11,456 bases of DNA from Gemmatimonadota bacterium (GTDB taxonomy: Bacteria > Gemmatimonadota > Gemmatimonadetes > Longimicrobiales > Gaopeijiaceae): contig JBDHHQ010000154.1 in the NCBI GenBank assembly GCA_039589315.1, positions 1 through 11,456 on the forward strand. The letters run 5' to 3'. The position numbers were made by a program, and so were the translations under genes. Positions within the stretch are counted from its first letter, which is position 1. Each line of letters starts with the position of its first letter. Below the pieces are notes generated by a model. That model was not told the origin of the DNA. It did not search any database and worked only from the letters and a program-made list of their open reading frames with translations. Of this stretch, positions 5,817-11,456 are shown piece by piece.

Positions 5817-7834
5817 AGGCGGCGCTCTGGGACCGGCTCAGGCAAAGGAAGCTCTTCCAGTGGGCCCTAGCCTACGCCGCCGGCGCGTGGGTGATCTTCG
5901 AGGCTAGCGATGCGGTGGGTGGCCGCTGGGAACTCCCCAACGTCCTCTTCCAAGGCCTCTCGGTCGTCTTGATTGCCGGCTTCTTCGTCACGCTGGTTCT
6001 CGCTTGGTACCACGGGGAGAAGGGGCGGCAGCGCGTGAGCGGGCCCGAACTTCTGATGTTGACGGCGCTCTTCATCATCGCTGGCGTGGCTCTGTCGGCG
6101 GTGGGACCCTCCCCGGATCCGACGGGCGGGGCGTCCACCCCCTCAGCTTCCACTTCGGATGACGACCGGCCTTCTATCGCAGTGATGCCGTTCTCCAGCA
6201 CCAGCACTGATGCCGAGAGTCGCATGTTTGCCGACGGCGTCCACGACGACCTGCTGACACAACTGAGCAAGGTGAAGAGTCTTCGGGTGATCTCCCGCAC
6301 GTCGGTCGAACGCTTCCGCGAGACCGAACTTGGCGTACCTGAGATCGCGAACGTGCTCGGTGTCGATGCGGTGATGGAAGGGAGCGTTCAAAGAGTCGGG
6401 GGGCAGATCAGGGTGAACGCCCAGTTGATCGACGGAGTTACCGACGGGCACCTGTGGGCGGAGACGTACGATCGGGTCTTCACCGTAGAACAACTCCTCG
6501 ACCTTCAGGCCGAGATCGCTCGCAACGTGAGCATCGCGCTTCGCACCACCCTCAGCCCAGAGGACGAAGCCGAGATTCGGCTCGCGGGCACGGACAACCC
6601 GGAAGCCTATGCGGCCTACTTGGAGGGACTCGCGCTTCTTGCTCGGGGCTCCACGCCATACATCGGCGACGTGTCCGACGCGGCGTATGGCGCGGTGGAG
6701 GCGTTTCAAGAAGCAGTGCGGTTGGACCCGGAGTTTGCGCTGGCGCACGCACGGCTCTCTAGGGCGCATCGTGCCGTCGCTTTCACCGGCGCTGACCAAA
6801 GCGACGAGCGGTTCGACCTCATCAGGCAATCCGCCCAGACCGCGCTCGACCTGGACCCGGATCTGCCCGAAGCTATGATAGCGATGGGGAGCTACCACTA
6901 TCGTCTGGGTCGAGGGGGAGACTTCGATCTGGCTCTCCAGTTCATGCAGGCGGCACACGAGCGCCAGCCGAACAGATTTTTCTCGAGCGTGGCCAGCGTG
7001 CAAAGGCGGCGTGGCGAGTGGGAGCAAGCTGCAGAGTACCAATCGAGGGCCTCCGACCAAAACCCTCTCAGCTTCAATTCCGCACGCGAGTCTGCGTTGA
7101 ATTACCTGCGCATGAGGGAGTACGAGCGGTCCGAGAGATACCTCGATCGGTCGGACGCCATCAGGCCCACCCCGATCACAAACGCCCGAAGAGCTCTGCT
7201 GTTCCTGATGCGCGACGGCGACGTGGACTCGGCGATCAAGGTGTTGTATGCGATAGGCGACGGCGACCAAGGCCTCTGGCCGAGTATCGCTGCGTGGGCG
7301 GGTGCAAACCTGCCCAGGCGGATCGCGGCACGCGTCTTTTGTTCTCGTGAAATCTGCGCCGAGGCCACCAACGGGCCTCGGCCGCAGACCTGGGTAGGCT
7401 ATCGATCAAGAGCCGACCTTTTCGGCCTACTGGGCGACCGCGAGCGAGAGATGGCTTACAACGATTCGGCAGCAGTACTTCTCGAGCGGGATCTCGTGGA
7501 GCACCCTTGGGACTCACTCAGCATTCTGTCCGCCCTCTGCCTTTCCTATGCGGGTCTGGATCGCGCGGATCTCGTAAGACAGAAGGGCGAGGAATTGCAG
7601 CGGTTAGAGCCTCATAAGAAGGACGCACTCTGGGGAACCGATTACCTGAGGAACTTAGCTGAGGCCTACGTGCCTATCGGCGACCACGACTCGGCGATCG
7701 ATCAACTTGAGATCGTTCTGTCGGTCCCCTCAGTCATGTCTGCCAATTTGCTTGAGGTCGATCCTGTTTGGGACCCCCTCCGCGACCACCCCCGCTTCCA
7801 GGCGCTGCTCGAGAAGTACGGAAGCGAGCCCTGA
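5813..7834 (+). CDS. Membrane-anchored TPR protein, paralogue 2 (3-TM cap + TolB-N-like domain + TPRs), 673 aa
   Basis: The GTG start overlaps the previous stop (GTGA 5813-5816). Motifs include SIAVMPF, DGVHDDLLTQLSK...RVISRTSV, EGSVQR.G.QIRVNAQLID...HLWAETYDR, T.NPEAY..YL.G, and C-terminal DPVWDPLRDHPRFQALL. Confidence 0.92.
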   Translation: MKAALWDRLRQRKLFQWALAYAAGAWVIFEASDAVGGRWELPNVLFQGLSVVLIAGFFVTLVLAWYHGEKGRQRVSGPELLMLTALFIIAGVALSAVGPSPDPTGGASTPSASTSDDDRPSIAVMPFSSTSTDAESRMFADGVHDDLLTQLSKVKSLRVISRTSVERFRETELGVPEIANVLGVDAVMEGSVQRVGGQIRVNAQLIDGVTDGHLWAETYDRVFTVEQLLDLQAEIARNVSIALRTTLSPEDEAEIRLAGTDNPEAYAAYLEGLALLARGSTPYIGDVSDAAYGAVEAFQEAVRLDPEFALAHARLSRAHRAVAFTGADQSDERFDLIRQSAQTALDLDPDLPEAMIAMGSYHYRLGRGGDFDLALQFMQAAHERQPNRFFSSVASVQRRRGEWEQAAEYQSRASDQNPLSFNSARESALNYLRMREYERSERYLDRSDAIRPTPITNARRALLFLMRDGDVDSAIKVLYAIGDGDQGLWPSIAAWAGANLPRRIAARVFCSREICAEATNGPRPQTWVGYRSRADLFGLLGDREREMAYNDSAAVLLERDLVEHPWDSLSILSALCLSYAGLDRADLVRQKGEELQRLEPHKKDALWGTDYLRNLAEAYVPIGDHDSAIDQLEIVLSVPSVMSANLLEVDPVWDPLRDHPRFQALLEKYGSEP

Positions 7835-7837
7835 CCG

Positions 7838-9675
7838 ATGTCCCTCCTGACCCGCCTCAAGGAGCGCAAGCTGGTCCAATGGGCCGTGGCCTATCTGGCG
7901 GGTGCATGGGTCCTGCTACAGGTGATGGATGTGGTCGCGGAGCCGTGGGGCCTGTCCTCGTTCCTCCTGCGGTCGATCCAGGTGACGCTGGTTGCGGGGC
8001 TGTTCGTCACGCTCGTGCTCGCGTGGTACCACGGAGAGCAAGGTCGGCAACGGGTCAGCGGGATGGAGTTACTGATCCTCGCAGCCGTGCTGTTCACCGG
8101 GGGGACGCTACTGGCCCTGATCCAGCCTTCCGAAGACGATCAGGCCTCGCTCGACCCCGACGTGCTCGAACCCCCGCTTGGGCTGGACGACGACCGCCCC
8201 TCGGTGGCCGCTCTCCCCTTCGCGAACCGGAGCGGAGTCGAGGACGACCGCTACTTCACCGATGGCCTGCACGACGAGATCATCACCCGCCTCTCGACCG
8301 TGTCGGCCATGCGGGTCATCGCCCGCACCTCGGTGGAGGAATACCGGGAGACGCCGAAGAGCGTTCGCGTCATCGGCGAAGAGCTTGGAGTCCGCTACCT
8401 CCTTGCGGGCGGCGTCCGGCCATCACGGACTCCGTCGCATCGTACCTCCGAGTCGTCATTGAGGGCGCCGAGATCGCCCGCATAGCCCAACGCTCAACCG
8501 ACAACGCCGAGGCGTATGCACTGTACCTGGAGTCGCTGACAGCAGCCCCGTCATTGATGCCTGAGCTACTGTCTGAGGCTCGACTCCCATTCGTCGAAGA
8601 AGCGGTCCGCCTTGACCCGGAGTTCGCACTCGCTTGGACGCGACAGGCGCTGCTCCACGCACGCCTGGATCAGCTAGGCAGGGAGGACGCGAATCATGCC
8701 GGGCTTGCCCGGGCTGCCCTGGAGCAGGCGTTCCGGTTGGCCCCGGACCTACCGGAGGCACACTATGCCCATGCGATGGTCCTGTACCGCGTGGAGCGGG
8801 AGTACCAGAGGGCACTAACCGCTCTGGACCAAGCAGAAGCGGGGCGGATGCGGGACCTGGACATTTCGAGGTCAATCATTGAGCGACGGGCGGGGCGATG
8901 GGATGAAGCCCTGCTGTCCGGCCTTCGGGCACTTAAGACATATCCGCGTTCAAGGTCAGCTCACTTGGAGGTGGCTCGGACTCTACACCTTTCGCGTCGC
9001 TACGACGAGGCTGAGCCCTTCTACGATGCAGCTATGGAGCTAGAGCCGACCCACGTCCGCACACGAAGGAGCCGGGCGGAGATGTTGTGGCACCGGGACG
9101 GTGACATAGAAGAATATGTGGGACTCGTCGAGGAGCGCCGCTACAGGGGACCTTACATGCGGCGTGATTGGACGGCGTCCATCCTAAGACTCAGGGAACT
9201 GCCGGATGCGGTGCGCCTGAACGATCTTCGGGCTGAGTCCAGGGACTTCTACGTTGGCATGGCCCAACGTGGCTCGGGGGATGAAGCTGCCGCAGCCGAG
9301 GCGTTCCAGAACGCCGTTGACACCATGGAAGCCCGTGTCGCGAACGACCCAGACGACTTTCGCCTCGTGGAGGCTCTCGGACTCGCCTACGCGGGAACGG
9401 GGCAGGGCGACGAAGCTCTACAGGCTGGGCGTCGGGGTCTCGAACTCATGCCCCCGAAGAAGGACGCGATCTTCGGACCTTGGGCGTACACCAGGTTGGC
9501 CCAGATCCACGCCGTCCTAGGGCAGGCCGACTCGGCGGTGGCCTACCTCGAGCGAACGTTCGCCATCCCGGGCGACCTCTCTGCCTGGGACGTGAAGATG
9601 GATCCCATCTACGACAGCATCCGGGACCATCCCGGATACCATGCGCTGATGGAGCGATTCGGGCTGGAGCCGTGA
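7838..9675 (+). pseudogene. Membrane-anchored TPR protein, paralogue 3, disrupted by an internal deletion plus frameshift at ~8417-8420
   Basis: The frame from ATG 7838 matches paralogue 2 up to YLLAGGVR (8419). Homology continues in the -1 frame as AITDSVASYLR...TDNAEAYALYL through DPIYDSIRDHPGYHALM to the stop at 9675. About 40 residues of paralogue 2 (RVGGQIRVNAQLID...DLQA) have no counterpart. A sequencing or assembly artefact cannot be excluded. Confidence 0.82.
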
Positions 9676-9680
9676 CCCGC

Positions 9681-9705
9681 CACTGCTCTCCGTCCATGAG
9701 CAGTG
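9681..9705 (+). other. Perfect 8-bp intergenic hairpin without U-tract
   Basis: CACTGCTC 9681-9688 pairs with GAGCAGTG 9698-9705 around a 9-nt loop, just upstream of a GGAG RBS (9709-9712). Confidence 0.4.
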
Positions 9706-9721
9706 ACCGGAGATCGAACAG

Positions 9722-10447
9722 ATGAAGACAGAACACGAACGCAGCGTCCAGGAAGTCCTCGAGACTGCCCTGAATGAGTACCAGGCAGCCCATGAGGCGT
9801 ACTGGTCCGAGGAGCTTCCCAAACGAGACTACCTGGGTGACGGACATGAGGTACCACCCCCCTCCGAGTGGTACTCGTATTGCATGGCCCTGGGACGCGA
9901 GGCATTTCGTGTGGCGAATTCGCCTGCCGCTGAGGACTTCTCGGATAGCTACGAGCTCTTGTTGGCCGTGGAGCCTGACGGCACGTACCACAACGTGCCA
10001 CTTCACTCCTTGGAGATTGAGTTTACGCGCCGTCTTGTCGAAGAGCTACCAGGTTCGTTTAGCCGGTTGACGACGGTGGTCGCTCACGCTCTCGAAGGCA
10101 TCCCCGCCTCTCCCGTCGTCCGACACTACCTCGATCTACTCGGCCGCTCTTACGTCGCAGGACATGACGCGGCCTGTCGGACCCTTTGTCGGTCGTTGCT
10201 TGAGGTCGCGCTGAAGGACCGGCTTGGGTTTAGCAACGGACTATTCGGTCTCATCGAGGGCGCACACGACCGTGATGTCCTCAACAAGGCGGAGCAACTC
10301 TCAGCGCATCGCATCAGACTGGAAGGGCACGCCGCCGCTCATGCTGAGCTGATCGAAGCCACACCGGTCTGGGAGTCTATCAGCGACACACTCCTCTTGG
10401 TCGAGGCGCTCTCGGACGACGAAGAACAAGCCCGTAGAGAGAGATAG
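9722..10447 (+). CDS. Hypothetical protein with C-terminal DUF4145 (HEPN-like) domain, 241 aa
   Basis: C-terminal pattern AACRTLCRSLLEVAL...LFGLIE...AHRIRLEGHAAAH matches the DUF4145 consensus (A...CR..LE......L...I......IR..GN.AAH). GGAG lies 9 nt before the ATG. Confidence 0.7.
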   Translation: MKTEHERSVQEVLETALNEYQAAHEAYWSEELPKRDYLGDGHEVPPPSEWYSYCMALGREAFRVANSPAAEDFSDSYELLLAVEPDGTYHNVPLHSLEIEFTRRLVEELPGSFSRLTTVVAHALEGIPASPVVRHYLDLLGRSYVAGHDAACRTLCRSLLEVALKDRLGFSNGLFGLIEGAHDRDVLNKAEQLSAHRIRLEGHAAAHAELIEATPVWESISDTLLLVEALSDDEEQARRER

Positions 10448-10693
10448 GGCAAACCCGTTCGGATCGGCCTCGGACGGATGGCTCCCCCCTTCCCGACACG
10501 TGCATCTGGCCTCGTCACTGCCAGGTCCCCAAGATCAAAGGACCTGCTGACACCTGCCCGGAGACGCGCCTGTGACCCGCCTATCCCTGCCCCAGCTCGA
10601 ACGCCATCTCTTCGCAGCCGCCGACATCCTCCGGGGCGAGATAGACGCTTCGGAGCCTAGGGACACCCTTTACAACCTCCACCAACCGCTACC

Positions 10694-11456
10694 ATGGCCC
10701 GCCTGACCCTTGCCGAACTGGAGCGGCACCTGTGGGGTGCCGCCGACCTACTCCGGGGCTCGATCGACTCCGGTGACTTCAAGCACTACATCTTCGGCCT
10801 GCTGTTCTACAAGCGGCTGTGCGACGTGTGGGAGGAGGAGTACGAGGAGCGGCTGGCGGAGTACGGGGACCACGATCTGGCAATCGATCCCGAGGAGCAC
10901 CGCTTTCACATCCCAGAAGGCTGCTTCTGGCAGGACGTGCGGAAGGTGTCGGTGGACATCGGTACGGTCCTCAACGTGTCGTTCCGCGCCATCGAGGACG
11001 CGAACCCGAGGCTCAAGGGCGTCTTCCAGGACGTGGACTTCGCGAACAAGGAGCGGTTCCCCGACCACCTGCTCGACAGCCTGCTCCAGCACTTCGAGAT
11101 CCACCGGATGCGGAAGTCGGACGTGTCCTCGAACGTGCTCGGTGACGCCTACGAGTACCTGATCGCCAAGTTCGCCGACGACGCGGGTAAGAAAGGCGGT
11201 GAGTTCTACACGCCCAAGCAGGTCGTGAAGCTCATGGTTGAGATCCTGCAGCCTGAGGAGGGTCAGACCGTCTATGATCCCGCCTGCGGCTCAGGCGGCA
11301 TGCTGCTCGAAGCCACCCACTTCATGGAGCGGAACGAGCTCAACCCGAAGGCGCTCACCCTCTACGGCCAGGAGAAGAACCTCCACACCTGGGCCATCTG
11401 CAAGATGTCGCTGTTCCTGCACGACATCGATGACGCCTTCATCGAGCGCGGGGACA
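10694..11456 (+). CDS. hsdM: Type I restriction-modification system methyltransferase subunit M, 5' part (runs off the window)
   Basis: Manual translation from ATG 10694 gives MARLTLAELERHLWGAADLLRGSIDSGDFKHYIFGLLFYKRLCD...LGDAYEYLIAKFADDAGKKGGEFYTPKQVV...YDPACGSGGML...LYGQEKN. These are the HsdM N-terminal domain, the GEFYTP motif and SAM-binding motif I. No stop occurs before the window end. Confidence 0.97.
   Translation, partial: MARLTLAELERHLWGAADLLRGSIDSGDFKHYIFGLLFYKRLCDVWEEEYEERLAEYGDHDLAIDPEEHRFHIPEGCFWQDVRKVSVDIGTVLNVSFRAIEDANPRLKGVFQDVDFANKERFPDHLLDSLLQHFEIHRMRKSDVSSNVLGDAYEYLIAKFADDAGKKGGEFYTPKQVVKLMVEILQPEEGQTVYDPACGSGGMLLEATHFMERNELNPKALTLYGQEKNLHTWAICKMSLFLHDIDDAFIERGD

Noticed and set aside
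3644..7270. Long minus-strand ORFs (3644..4414, 4860..5702, 5872..6300, 6143..7270)
   Set aside because: They are antisense shadows of well-supported GC-rich + strand genes and have no recognisable motifs.
7768..8418. N-terminal part of the 635-aa ORF 7768..9675
   Set aside because: It is an Arg/Pro-rich off-frame reading that overlaps the true frame from 7838. Only the part after ~8419 is homologous to paralogue 2.
8410..8425. Programmed ribosomal frameshift in paralogue 3
   Set aside because: There is no slippery sequence, and about 40 conserved codons are missing, which a frameshift would not restore.
10710..11162. ORFs 10710..11162, 10748..11104 and 10819..11145 from the track
   Set aside because: They are alternative frames or the antisense strand of hsdM, whose true frame starts at ATG 10694.

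Overview
GC-rich bacterial accessory region. The protein families suggest Gemmatimonadota or a similar group; this is inference. All credible genes are on the + strand, in three blocks. (1) About 1-3320 is an integron-type gene cassette array with no integrase in the window. It holds three single-gene cassettes: two DUF6090-like membrane-anchored proteins and an arginase-fold protein with non-canonical metal ligands. Each cassette starts at a GTT core site, and the sequence ending it is the reverse complement of its own start (9/9, 14/14 and 10/13 bp). One attC is well formed (2380-2482). The others are long, composite or decayed, and two share a ~90-bp non-coding element directly behind the inverse core site. 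(2) 3588-9675 has three tightly coupled paralogues with a conserved ~95-aa three-TM N-terminal cap fused to divergent TolB-N-like + TPR modules. The third is broken by a ~40-codon deletion with a frameshift. (3) 9722-end has a DUF4145/HEPN-like gene and the 5' part of a type I restriction-modification methyltransferase (hsdM), which the ORF track missed because it runs off the window.
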